A stretch of DNA of 64,000 nucleotides from Candidatus Poribacteria bacterium (GCA_965220385.1 OZ244825.1:212769-276768), one strand, 5' to 3'; positions 24,684-34,887 are shown, counted from the first letter of the stretch. Notes: generated by a model from the letters alone, not told the origin. A program made the numbers and translations.

Positions 24684-26321
24684 CTACCAGCCTACCGCGT
24701 AGCCATCCCGCCGTGGATCTGAGCCGCCGATAAGTGCACCCGAATCTGCGTCAATCTGAATCGCCTGTGCACTGCCGGGGCCGTCCCAATCACCCAAAAT
24801 GCGAAGATCATGGCCCCGTTGAGCGAGTCCACTGCGGACCTCTTCCGGGAATCGCCCTTCTAACTGGAGTGCATCCTCGCAGGTGTGCGGTATGGTCGAT
24901 TCCATCGGGTTCTGGAGGTTACGCCAACGTGGTGCTTCAACGGTCTCTTGCGGCGTCATCCCGAAATCGACGATGTGTGTAATCAACTGAAGGTTGGTTT
25001 GGACCTGCGTATCTGCTCCCGGTGTTCCGCAGGCAAGGAACGGTTTGCCATCCTTTGTTACAATCACAGGGTTCATGGTATGCCGCACACGCTTGCCGGG
25101 CATGAGGCAATTCGGATGGTCTTCCTCGAGATGCCAATACGTCATCCGATTGTTGAGCAAGATACCGGTCTCTCCTGCGATAAGGCTTGAACCAAATCCC
25201 GACTGTATACTCTGCAACACGCAGACCGCATTTCCTGCGCCATCCGCTGTACAAAAGCAGGTGGTGTCCTCAAATTGTTCGGGACCGCCGGATGGAACAT
25301 CAGTTGCTGCTCGGTCGGGATCGATGCGTTCCGCCTGCTTTTTCGCATATTCTTTCGATAACATACCTGTGATGGGAACGTCAACCCAATCCGGATCTGC
25401 CATATATTTCTCCCGATCCGCAAAGGAGAGTTTTTTTGCTTCGACCATCAGGTGAACGCTTTCAGCGGTGTTGCAGCCCATCGACTTCAGATCGAACTGC
25501 TCGACGATGTTCAATTCCTGTAATAGGATATGTCCACTCGAATTGGGTGGCATCTCATACACTTCATATCCCCGATAGTTCGTGTGGATCGGATCGCTCC
25601 AACGGGCGTGGTAATCTGCCAAATCCTTTTCAGTCAACAATCCATCATACTGTTCGCTAAACTCCACAATCGCTCTGGCAATTTCACCTTCATAGAGAGT
25701 GCCACGTCCTTCTGCTGCGATTTTTCGCAAAGTTTCCGCAAGTGCCTTGTTATAGATAATCTCGCCCGGTCCGGGCGGATCGCCATCATTCGTAAATATT
25801 GGACGTGTATATGGATCTGCAGCGAAACGTGGATTTTCGCCTTTGAGTCCCCCAGCAAGGTTGTGGCTGATTGGGAAGCCGTTTTCGCAGAGCGAGATTG
25901 CTGGTTCAAATGCCTGCTCCAATTTAAGGGCACCGTAGCGCTCGTGCGCTTTCAGCCAGCCATCGACAATCCCCGGCACCGAGACGCTGCGGATACCCTT
26001 CATCGGAATCCCGCCATCCCGCAGATACAGTTCGCGGGTCGCAGCGTAAGGTGCTGGACCTGTCGCGTTCACACCTGTTACCGTGCCTGTTTCAGCCCAG
26101 TAGATCAGAATAAATCCATCTCCGCCGACGCCGGATCCTGCCGGTTCGACCACACCCAACGCCGCTGCTGTTGCGACTGCGGCATCAACGGCATTTCCGC
26201 CCGCCGAAATTGCTTGAATCCCAGCCTGTGATGCCAGCATATGTCCAGATGTCACCATGCCGTTCCTACCCATCGCAGAGGGTCGGAATCCTGAAAATTT
26301 AATCCCATGGGGTGATTGCAT
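24684..26321 (-). CDS. ggt: Gamma-glutamyltransferase
   Basis: GGNAVDAA, VVEP..SG.GGDGF, SVPG, PPNS.G, TT nucleophile, HTMNP, GTPG, DPRRDG. Confidence 0.95.
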   Translation of the reverse strand: MQSPHGIKFSGFRPSAMGRNGMVTSGHMLASQAGIQAISAGGNAVDAAVATAAALGVVEPAGSGVGGDGFILIYWAETGTVTGVNATGPAPYAATRELYLRDGGIPMKGIRSVSVPGIVDGWLKAHERYGALKLEQAFEPAISLCENGFPISHNLAGGLKGENPRFAADPYTRPIFTNDGDPPGPGEIIYNKALAETLRKIAAEGRGTLYEGEIARAIVEFSEQYDGLLTEKDLADYHARWSDPIHTNYRGYEVYEMPPNSSGHILLQELNIVEQFDLKSMGCNTAESVHLMVEAKKLSFADREKYMADPDWVDVPITGMLSKEYAKKQAERIDPDRAATDVPSGGPEQFEDTTCFCTADGAGNAVCVLQSIQSGFGSSLIAGETGILLNNRMTYWHLEEDHPNCLMPGKRVRHTMNPVIVTKDGKPFLACGTPGADTQVQTNLQLITHIVDFGMTPQETVEAPRWRNLQNPMESTIPHTCEDALQLEGRFPEEVRSGLAQRGHDLRILGDWDGPGSAQAIQIDADSGALIGGSDPRRDGYAVGW

Positions 26322-26680
26322 ATGTTATCCTCCGAAATTGTAAGCCAACCTATCATAGGTTTTGAATTCTTGGGAGATTTCTCTGCTATTATCAGGCACA
26401 ACCTTAGCACCATTGGCGCTGAAAAATCAAGGGAAACTTATCCACTCTGGGCGCATCACGCAGCGTCAAGGTAAAAGTCACTGCCGCCAAAATTGGAACA
26501 AACCGTTTTTCCCTGTGTGTAAACTATTAAGCATCTTATCACAATTCTAAGCGGCACATCAATTTAATTCTCCGGTTGCTGATGGTCTTGAGGGAACAAT
26601 CAACCGCTTGGATAGCATGTTCCGTTCAGTGCTGCACAAGCGCAGTTCCACGAACTTGAGGAATCAATATCAATCGGCGC

Positions 26681-26709
26681 TTGACACCTTCAAGCAAAGA
26701 TGATAAAAT
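26681..26709 (+). promoter_or_regulatory. Sigma70 promoter of the TPR gene
   Basis: TTGACA-17-TAAAAT with TGn. Confidence 0.7.
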
Positions 26710-26774
26710 GCGCTCACGCTTTTTTAACAAAAACACATCAGCAGGGGCAAACCACACCAACAGGAGTTTGAAAA

Positions 26775-28013
26775 ATGAAAAAATTCATTATTGTAGAGAT
26801 TATCGTTGTCGTAGCCTTGGTAATCGGCTTTTTGGTTGGTAGGGCATCAAATTCAACAAACAACCTCGCCGCCTACTACACAAACGCGGACGCCGCGTGG
26901 GCAAAGGCTCAGAAAGCAGACACGCCTCCCGTAACGCTTGAAGATGAAGATCAGAAGCGTGTAAGCCAGGTCAGGGCTTTATACCGACATGTATTCGAGA
27001 AATACCCTGACAGTCGTTGGGCGGATGATGCTATCTATCAGCTGGCATCGCGGCTTGGACGAACGGATGAGGAGGCTTTTGCCCTATTTCGGCGACTCAT
27101 TAATGCCTACCCTGACAGCGAATGGACGGATGATTCTCTATACACTATCGCCATCGCTTACTATCGAAGGGCAGAAGAAACGAAAAAAACGGACAGCGTT
27201 GAAAGTGCAGATGTCGACTATGACCGGGCATCGGCGATGTTCAATCGACTCATTGAAGATTATCCGGGTAGTGTGCTTGCCGACGAATCGCGTTTCAACA
27301 GAGCGATGTGTCTCTATGGGAAAGAGAAATGGACTGCCGCACTTGAGGCGTTGGGTGTGTTACGGGAAGACTTCATAGGTAATGAGCTCATCCACAGCAT
27401 TGTCTACTACACAGGGGTGATCTTTACCGAGAAGCAAGCCTATGAGGATGCACGGGTTGAATTTCAGAATGTCGTTGATTCAGGACATGAGCAACTTGCC
27501 CCACTTGCACAGTTCGGTATCGGTCAAACCTATTTCGCAGAAGTCAAATATGATGAAGCGATCGACAGCTATCAACAGGTAATTGACAAATTCCCTGATA
27601 CTACAATGGCACAGGATGCACATTTTAACATCGGTTGGGCGTATGAAAAGTTGAAAAAATATGATGAAGCAATTATCCAACTGGAGGGGGCGATAGAGAA
27701 GTATCCGCACAATGCGAATACCTCCAATATGCAGTTCTATGTTGGGCAGATTTATTACGCAAAGGATGATACTGACGGGGCGATTAATGCGTATCGGAAG
27801 GTCGCCGATAATCCAACCTATGATTACGATACGCGGAGGCAGGCGCAATACTGGATTGGTAATATCTACGAAACAGCGGACAGGACGGACGAAGCGATAG
27901 AAGAATACCAGAAACTGCTCAAGGACTTCCCGGAACCCCACCGCACACTCCGCCATCCATCGAACAATATTAACGAGAACTATATTCAGAAACTACGTAC
28001 CGGAGAATTATAA
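26775..28013 (+). CDS. Membrane-anchored tetratricopeptide repeat protein
   Basis: N-terminal TM; repeated YPDS..A..A.Y..G/A TPR units. Confidence 0.85.
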   Translation: MKKFIIVEIIVVVALVIGFLVGRASNSTNNLAAYYTNADAAWAKAQKADTPPVTLEDEDQKRVSQVRALYRHVFEKYPDSRWADDAIYQLASRLGRTDEEAFALFRRLINAYPDSEWTDDSLYTIAIAYYRRAEETKKTDSVESADVDYDRASAMFNRLIEDYPGSVLADESRFNRAMCLYGKEKWTAALEALGVLREDFIGNELIHSIVYYTGVIFTEKQAYEDARVEFQNVVDSGHEQLAPLAQFGIGQTYFAEVKYDEAIDSYQQVIDKFPDTTMAQDAHFNIGWAYEKLKKYDEAIIQLEGAIEKYPHNANTSNMQFYVGQIYYAKDDTDGAINAYRKVADNPTYDYDTRRQAQYWIGNIYETADRTDEAIEEYQKLLKDFPEPHRTLRHPSNNINENYIQKLRTGEL

Positions 28014-28178
28014 ACGACTTCTGGCATCACAAACTTCGGTTTTACAGGCAGGCAAACCTTGTGGAGGTGCTCAACCTTCGCAAGGTTGTGCTCGCTGCAT
28101 CGATTGATTCCACCGTCTACATCTCCAAAACCCCTCCCACGCGATTCCTATCTCTCCCGATAAACCGAATCTTACACC

Positions 28179-28922
28179 TCAACGACGATGGACATCAAGG
28201 TAGATAAACACCCGCTCGATCTGCTCAATGCGTTTCTGCAAAGCTGCCGCGCGCTCAAAGCGTAGAGCGATCGCCTCTTGGTTTCGTTCTATGGTCAGTT
28301 TCTTAATGACCGCTTTATATCTCCCATCCAGTATCCGAATCACATCTCTAATCATCGCACGATACGCTTTACGGTCAACCTTCGCCGCGCAAGGGGCTTG
28401 ACAACGCTTTAAGTGATAACTGAAGCACGGCTTAAAATCTGGCAGTGGGGTGATCGTTCCGTCACAGGTCCGAATCGGAAAAATCCGATGTAAAACCTCA
28501 ATAACCTCCCTTGTCCATCTCAGACTTGAGTACGGGCCAAAATATCGCGCTTTATCAGCTTCCTCCTTGAAAACGATCGTTACCTTGGGGAAATCCTCGT
28601 TGGTAGAGATCTTAATGAACGGAGACCGCCGGACAGATTTCAGACTGGTATTGTACGGGGGTTGGTGATGTTTGATCAGTCGGGATTCCAGCAGTAACGC
28701 CTCTAACTCCGAAGCACAAACCTGATACTCAACCTGTGTGGCGTGCTGCACCAACCGTTTAATCTTGCCCCAACGGTTCTGCTTGGAATTATATAGGTAG
28801 GACCGAACCCGTTTCTTGAGGGATTTTGCCTTGCCGATGTAGAGAATCTCCCCGGACCTGCTGAGAAAAAAATACACGCCCGGCAGCGACGGGAGATTAA
28901 CAACCATTTCCTTAGTAAGCAT
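28179..28922 (-). CDS. Stand-alone UvrC N-terminal module (GIY-YIG + Cys cluster + UVR)
   Basis: PGVYFF...YIGKAKSLKKRV, ALLLE..LIK...P.YN, FGP, four Cys, FERAA. Confidence 0.88.
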   Translation of the reverse strand: MLTKEMVVNLPSLPGVYFFLSRSGEILYIGKAKSLKKRVRSYLYNSKQNRWGKIKRLVQHATQVEYQVCASELEALLLESRLIKHHQPPYNTSLKSVRRSPFIKISTNEDFPKVTIVFKEEADKARYFGPYSSLRWTREVIEVLHRIFPIRTCDGTITPLPDFKPCFSYHLKRCQAPCAAKVDRKAYRAMIRDVIRILDGRYKAVIKKLTIERNQEAIALRFERAAALQKRIEQIERVFIYLDVHRR

Positions 28923-29055
28923 ACTACTTTCAGAAGTGAATGGAGGGTGGAAGGAAAGGAAGGAGGGTGGAAATTGTTTGAACTTTCAGTTCTTCGCTTT
29001 CCGCTATTCAGGTTCTTGCGTGCAGATAGGGTGAATCGAAAAGAGAATCGTGGGC

Positions 29056-29781
29056 TTAATTTGCGAACGGGAAGGTTCCTGCATATCCGCGCGGACGTGA
29101 GACGTGCCAAATCCCGTCATACATCGGTGTCACCTGATAATGGCACACCACGTTACTCCGCTCCATATCGTCCCGTTCTTTCGCGCCTTGGTGGGGAATA
29201 TGGTTGATAAACAGGACGCAGTCGCCCGCTTTGGGGTGGAGCACAACGTGCTCTTGTGCCTCGCACCACGCCTCAAACTTGGGACGGTCCAGGGGATATA
29301 GGTGAGGTGGCTCGACGAGATGTCCGCCCTTGACATACTTCAAATGCCCCGAACCGGGGTCATTGTCCTGAAAATAGTAGGTGGCGTTGAGCCCAATCGG
29401 AGACACCGCGAAGCGATGCTGTTCCGCCGCCCGTTTCTCCTGCCAGTAGCCGTAGAAATCGAGGTGCCATTCCTGAAGGTACGGTCCCGGATTGATATGA
29501 GCGCGCAGACTCCGCAGTTGACACTGTTTCCCCATCATTCCTTCGAGGTATGGACGGACATTTGGATGTCCTATCAATGGGGCATACGTTTCCGGTTCTC
29601 GGTCTAACAGCGTGTCAAACCACATATTTCCTACCGCGTTAAGCCCTTCCTCCCAGCCCATCTCGCGGGCATGGTTGATGCGCTGTCGAATATGTTCCGT
29701 CTCTTCCGGAGATAATGCTCCTTCTATCAGTATGAAGCCGTCCTGCTCTAATCTGTCCAGTTGGTTTTCGATGTTTTCCAT
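29056..29781 (-). CDS. PhyH family dioxygenase
   Basis: LEQDGFILIEGAL, WHLD, AGD.VLF...HQG. Confidence 0.85.
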   Translation of the reverse strand: MENIENQLDRLEQDGFILIEGALSPEETEHIRQRINHAREMGWEEGLNAVGNMWFDTLLDREPETYAPLIGHPNVRPYLEGMMGKQCQLRSLRAHINPGPYLQEWHLDFYGYWQEKRAAEQHRFAVSPIGLNATYYFQDNDPGSGHLKYVKGGHLVEPPHLYPLDRPKFEAWCEAQEHVVLHPKAGDCVLFINHIPHQGAKERDDMERSNVVCHYQVTPMYDGIWHVSRPRGYAGTFPFAN

Positions 29782-30268
29782 GGACCGCGGAGGTCTCCTT
29801 CCCAGTCGTATCAATTTTTGAGGTAACCGATATCACCCTTAGTTTACTACAGCTTGCCGAAATCGTCAATCCACAATTAGCGATAAAAATCATCTGTGGT
29901 CAATTAGGGAGTTACGCATCAAGTCCCCCTGACAAGGGGGATTTAGGGGGTTGCCTTTAATTCAAACTGTCTAAGTAAGTCTAAAATCTACGGGAGCGCC
30001 GAAAACGGAGGATTATTCTCGGTGGTTTAGGATATAAGGAACGGAGATCCTCATTCGCTCCAGTTGATCCGCTCAATATAACCGTCTTTCTGCCGTGCTT
30101 ACCGAGTTGGTATCATCAAAATGTCGATACTCCTGTATTATAAGATTATAGGAATTCGCATGGCAATTTTCTACGCTTGCGAATACCTCTCCAAGTGTGG
30201 TAGAATATCCCATCAAAAGTTTAGTCAAATAGGACTTGCGAAATCTAATTCTTCAAGAGGTTTATAAG

Positions 30269-31279
30269 ATGGATAGGAGTTATCGTGTCGCCATCGTTGG
30301 GGCAACAGGAGCGGTTGGCACGACCATGCGGCAGATTCTGGAAGAACGCGCTTTCCCCATCGATTCACTCAAGTTACTCGCTTCCCATCGTTCTGCCGGT
30401 GAGATTTTAACATTCAAAGATCAACCCATCGTAATCGAAGAGCTAACGCACGATTCATTTGATGATGTCGATTTGGTGTTTTCGTCAGCGGGCGCATCCG
30501 TCAGTCGCGAGTTTATACCGACTGCAATCGAAAAGGAGTGTCTCGTCATTGATAACACCAGTGCGTTTCGGATGGACGCAGATACGCCGTTAGTTATCCC
30601 CGAAGTAAATATGCAAGCAGCAATGCGGCATCAAGGCTTAATCGCCAATCCAAACTGTTCAACCATCCAAATGCTGGTGGCACTCAAGCCGCTCTACGAC
30701 GAAGCAGGCATTAAACGTATCGTTGTTTCGACCTATCAAAGTGTTTCGGGAAAAAGCGGATCCGCTGTCATTGAACTGGTTGATCAGACAACCGCTGCGT
30801 TGGAAGGGCGTCCAATTACATGTGATCAGTTTCCACATCAAATGGCGTTTAACGTTGCCTTCGATTGGCCCTTTGCCGATGATGGTTACAGCGAAGAAGA
30901 ACTGAAAATGGTTAAGGAAACGCACAAGATACTCGAAGACGATACCATTGGCGTTTCAGCGACAACCGTTCGAGTGCCAGTATTCTTTGCCCATTCTGAA
31001 TCCGTTAACATTCAAACAGACAGAAAACTTACCGCTGACGAAGCGCGTCGGATCCTTTCTCAAGCCCGCGGTGTTACTGTTATCGACGATCCGAAAAGCC
31101 GGTCCTATCCTCTGGCTATCAATGCTGCAGGACAGGATGATGTCTATGTTGGACGCATCCGTGAGGATGACTCGATTGAAAACGGCTTAAACTTGTGGGT
31201 CGTTGCAGACAATCTCCGTAAGGGTGCCGCACTGAACGCTATTCAGATTGCTGAGATCTTGGATCAGATTAATGTGTAA
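30269..31279 (+). CDS. asd: Aspartate-semialdehyde dehydrogenase
   Basis: VGATGAVG, DNTSAFRM, PEVN, IANPNCST, STYQSVSG, RVPVF..H, DNLRKGAALNA. Confidence 0.97.
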   Translation: MDRSYRVAIVGATGAVGTTMRQILEERAFPIDSLKLLASHRSAGEILTFKDQPIVIEELTHDSFDDVDLVFSSAGASVSREFIPTAIEKECLVIDNTSAFRMDADTPLVIPEVNMQAAMRHQGLIANPNCSTIQMLVALKPLYDEAGIKRIVVSTYQSVSGKSGSAVIELVDQTTAALEGRPITCDQFPHQMAFNVAFDWPFADDGYSEEELKMVKETHKILEDDTIGVSATTVRVPVFFAHSESVNIQTDRKLTADEARRILSQARGVTVIDDPKSRSYPLAINAAGQDDVYVGRIREDDSIENGLNLWVVADNLRKGAALNAIQIAEILDQINV

Positions 31280-31451
31280 TCGCTACATAGGTGCTCCAGT
31301 CAGCAACCGGTGGGGAACAGCTATCGTTGTTCCCTGCTGAAAGTGCCTAAGTCCCATAGAACCAAAGCAGCACTACAAGTATTTGCCCTCCCCTTGAATC
31401 AAACCGACAAACCAACGCTAACAGAAAACCTCAAGGAGTCAAATCGAACAG

Positions 31452-31661
31452 ATGTCCTCCACACTTGAGAACGAGTTAGGTGAAATCTATGAGCGGGAAG
31501 TCGAAAAACTGATCGAATCTGAGCGCAAATATCACCCAACCCTCGGAGCAGCCGACGTTGCCGCTGTTGTTCAGGCATTTCGATTTGCACTTGAACATGG
31601 AGTCGATAAAGTCACCGTCCAAATGCTCTACGATATGGTCAATGACAGGTCGGGAGATTGA
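31452..31661 (+). CDS. Small helical hypothetical protein (69 aa)
   Basis: SD AAGGAG upstream; stop 3 bp before the SMC-like gene. Confidence 0.6.
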   Translation: MSSTLENELGEIYEREVEKLIESERKYHPTLGAADVAAVVQAFRFALEHGVDKVTVQMLYDMVNDRSGD

Positions 31662-31664
31662 CGT

Positions 31665-33563
31665 ATGCGACTTGAACGTATCATCCTCAAATCTTTCGGC
31701 TGTTTTGACCGCAGAGACTTTGACCTGAGCGACGGGGTGAATCTTATCTTCGGTCCTAATTTCAGTGGCAAAAGTACGCTTGTCAATGCCATTTTCTTCG
31801 CGCTGACAGGCAAGCCGATCGTCCCGAAGGTGGGTTTGCCGGCAATGGCACAATCCGGCGCGACCAGCGGCACCGCCGGACTCAGTTTTCGCAATGGAGA
31901 ACATAGCTATCAACTGTTCCGCTCGACGCAGGGGGAAGTTCAACTCCGCCAGAAGGAAGATAATGAAAAATGGCGTATCCTCTTTACCGGCAAACGTTCG
32001 GCGGACGAAGATCTACGGCAAAAGTTCCATTTCAGCTACCACCAGCTTGCTGCAGCGACATTCCTACGCGAAGGCGAGATTTTTGAGTTCCTTGCACGGC
32101 AGCCCGCTGATCGGCGCGATGTACTACACGCGCTGCTCGGCATCGATCGGTTGATGGAGGTGCGTCAACGCTTCCTTGAAGGACGGCGTATTGCCAGGCG
32201 AGAGGAGAAGCGGATACAGGATCATCAACGCAGCATGCGGGTGACGACTGTCAAGAATCATCGTGAAGAGATTGAACGGACCGGGGCAGAGCTGAAGAAA
32301 TTGGAAGGTCAGTACGAACTGCTTACCGGTAAAGGAAACCAAAGCGGGGACGCAGCACTTGTCACCGAATTGACCCAGGCACAAGAGCGGTTCCAAAAGG
32401 AAATTGACGGACTGATCCAGGAACGGGCCACAGTTCTGAGCGGCTTCACCGATGTTGATCACCTGCGGACCTCCATCAAGGAAATTGAGGCAGCAACCGC
32501 GAGCGCGGGCGGACTGGAAAAGGGGCGGGATGAACTCATCCAACGGATCGGCAGTCTGAACAGTCAAGTCCACACCCTTACGACGGAATGCGAAACCCTG
32601 CGCCAATTGATCGACAGTGATCACGGTCACTGCCCAACCTGCCATCAGCCCGTCCAACAAAAGATCATCGAGGGCATACTTGCTGAGAAAGAGGCGGCAA
32701 AAGCTTCAAGCCAACGAGAACTTGAATCGCAGCAGAAAACCCTCGACAAACAGACTGAGAATATCAATGCCCTGCGCGGACTCAAGCAGCGACATCAATT
32801 GATGCAAGGCAAGGTCGAGCAGCTTGAACGGACCGAAAAGCAGCTTGCCAAACTCCAACGTGATTTCGATGGGATTGCCAGTCGGTTGGGCGCGCTACAG
32901 CCGGCAACACCGCCGCAAATCAGTCCGATATCCGATGCATCTGCCGATCCCGCACAGATCGCGGAGCAACGCCGCCAGCTCAAATACCGAATCGACAGCC
33001 TGCGCCGTCAACTTGACAGACTCAATAGGGAAGAAGCGGTTATTGCCCATAAACTCGAAGAACTACAGCGGGTTCAATCTCAAGCAAATCAGGTTCTACG
33101 CACCCGCCTCAGCTTTGAACTTGCCTGCGATGGCGTTGACAAGACAATTGCTTCCCTCCAACAAACTATCCTCCAACCCGCCGAAAAGGAAATCCAGCGT
33201 TGGTTGGAACGGATGGACCTCACCCGATTCTCTCAGATTGATCTCAAAAGCCAGCACCTACTCCCCTCCCTCAACGTCGAAGGCGTCGAGCGTAACCTAA
33301 TGCTCCTCAGCGGCAGCGAAAAGATGATGCTCTACCTCTGCTTCAAAGCTGCCCTCTCAGAAGCGCTAGGGACTCTCGGTTTCTTTGTCTTCGATGACCC
33401 AACCCTCCACCTTGATCCGGATCGACGCGGCGCGATGATTGACTTCATTCAGCAGCTCGCCGAAGAACATCAGGTTATCGTAACCAGCAATGACCCGGAA
33501 GTTCGCGCTGGATTGCCGGACGCACATCTGATTGAGACAACGCCACACACTTCTCATGTATAA
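31665..33563 (+). CDS. SbcC/Rad50-like SMC ATPase with zinc hook
   Basis: GPNFSGKST, coiled coils, central CPTC, LSGSEK, FVFDDPT.HLD. Confidence 0.85.
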   Translation: MRLERIILKSFGCFDRRDFDLSDGVNLIFGPNFSGKSTLVNAIFFALTGKPIVPKVGLPAMAQSGATSGTAGLSFRNGEHSYQLFRSTQGEVQLRQKEDNEKWRILFTGKRSADEDLRQKFHFSYHQLAAATFLREGEIFEFLARQPADRRDVLHALLGIDRLMEVRQRFLEGRRIARREEKRIQDHQRSMRVTTVKNHREEIERTGAELKKLEGQYELLTGKGNQSGDAALVTELTQAQERFQKEIDGLIQERATVLSGFTDVDHLRTSIKEIEAATASAGGLEKGRDELIQRIGSLNSQVHTLTTECETLRQLIDSDHGHCPTCHQPVQQKIIEGILAEKEAAKASSQRELESQQKTLDKQTENINALRGLKQRHQLMQGKVEQLERTEKQLAKLQRDFDGIASRLGALQPATPPQISPISDASADPAQIAEQRRQLKYRIDSLRRQLDRLNREEAVIAHKLEELQRVQSQANQVLRTRLSFELACDGVDKTIASLQQTILQPAEKEIQRWLERMDLTRFSQIDLKSQHLLPSLNVEGVERNLMLLSGSEKMMLYLCFKAALSEALGTLGFFVFDDPTLHLDPDRRGAMIDFIQQLAEEHQVIVTSNDPEVRAGLPDAHLIETTPHTSHV

Positions 33564-33604
33564 CTGAATCCTTCTACATTGCCACTCATTGATTCTTGTC
33601 TCGT

Positions 33605-33806
33605 TAGGAGTTACGCACTTCAGTAAGGAACAACGATCGTTTTTCCCTACGAACTGTTGATGGGACCTCTATTGTAGTTGCCCGATTCATCGGGCGTCTG
33701 TTCCGTCTGTCCCGATTCCATCGGGGAGACCAGGATTGAGAAGGGTGTTTAGCGGCGATAAATCGCCGAACTACAGGGTTTTGAACGCTCAACTGTGTAA
33801 GTCCTA
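33605..33806. mobile_element. Family B MITE, inverted relative to 3932-4132
   Basis: TAGGAGTTACGCA ... AACTGTGTAAGTCCTA; shares CCCTGTAGTTCG and CGGGCAACTACA blocks with the 3932 copy. Confidence 0.75.
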
Positions 33807-33826
33807 CTCGTATAAGGGGATCAAAG

Positions 33827-34525
33827 ATGAACCGCAAAAAAACAGTACTCGTACTCTCCCTTTTGGCAGCTATCGGTATCATTGCTTTTTTCGTCTATGA
33901 GTTTTCTACTGCGGGTAAGGTTACGGTTAGGAGGGTGCCCCCTGAAAGATATACCGGTCCTCAGACGGTTGAAGCCCTGATGGCAGCGTTTGATGAGAAG
34001 TTTGACCGTCCCTATCTTGACAGGAAGATTGATCGGCAGTACCCCCGCGCGGAATGGCTTGCGATGTGTCTTGATAGAGGAGCCGTGTTTGGGGATTTCG
34101 GTGACTACTCTGATTTGATGAGCCAGCGATGGCTTTTGTTAAGTTTGGAGGAGAAGGGGGATTGGGTCAAAGGAGCTAGAGGCGTACCAGCGACGGATGA
34201 TTGGGAGACATTCAAGGACGCTTATATTGATAGGATGGTTTGGGAACACCAGAAAATTTATGAGGCGCGGCAGATTGACCCGGAAGTGTTCGGTGGGCTG
34301 TTTACCGGTCCTGATAAACGCATCTACCTACCGGGGCGTGCGAATCGCGTCTATGTTAAAAGAGGCAAGAAATCGGCATTTTTTCATGGTGCGCCACTTA
34401 CTGAGCTACAGCAGGTCATGATAACACTGTTAGGAATACACCCGAGAGGCTATGAAATCATCTATATTGATGAAAATGGAACTATCCTCTCCAAGCGTCC
34501 ACGACCCATCCTGCTCCCGATGTGA
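33827..34525 (+). CDS. Membrane-anchored hypothetical protein, paralog of 35626-37107
   Basis: N-terminal TM; shared blocks ERYTGPQTVEALM, YPRAEWLA, FGGLFTGPDKR.YLPG. Confidence 0.8.
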   Translation: MNRKKTVLVLSLLAAIGIIAFFVYEFSTAGKVTVRRVPPERYTGPQTVEALMAAFDEKFDRPYLDRKIDRQYPRAEWLAMCLDRGAVFGDFGDYSDLMSQRWLLLSLEEKGDWVKGARGVPATDDWETFKDAYIDRMVWEHQKIYEARQIDPEVFGGLFTGPDKRIYLPGRANRVYVKRGKKSAFFHGAPLTELQQVMITLLGIHPRGYEIIYIDENGTILSKRPRPILLPM

Positions 34526-34541
34526 TGACCCGTCCTCGCAA

Positions 34542-34580
34542 TTGCCGCCATTTTGTTCTGATAGTGGCGGTATTTTTTTT
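34542..34580 (+). terminator. Intrinsic terminator
   Basis: GCCGCCA / TGGCGGT stem followed by a T run. Confidence 0.6.
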
Positions 34581-34842
34581 AATTTTGCATGAGTGCCTCA
34601 TTACACTTCTCATATATAATCAGATTTGCCGACATCGCCACTCATTTACTGGATTTTTTTGAACGAAAAGATTATATATTCTAGAACGTATTGACATTTT
34701 GCTGTTGCGAATTTAAGAAAAATTGTAACCGTTGCTCTATCTGCCAAAAATTCAGACCTAAATCACCTCCAGGTGCATCAGTATTGGTTCAGTCCATCAA
34801 ATATCAACAAAAAAATAACCCCTCATTTGCTCTCATTCAAAC

Positions 34843-34887
34843 TATTTTCGTCAACTTGAAACTAATAGTTTCAAGTTGACGAAAATA
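34843..34887. repeat. Perfect 45-bp palindrome (22-bp arms)
   Basis: TATTTTCGTCAACTTGAAACTA-A-TAGTTTCAAGTTGACGAAAATA. Confidence 0.95.

Noticed and set aside
29980-30180. Gene fragment upstream of asd
   Set aside because: All frames are interrupted and no family could be recognised.
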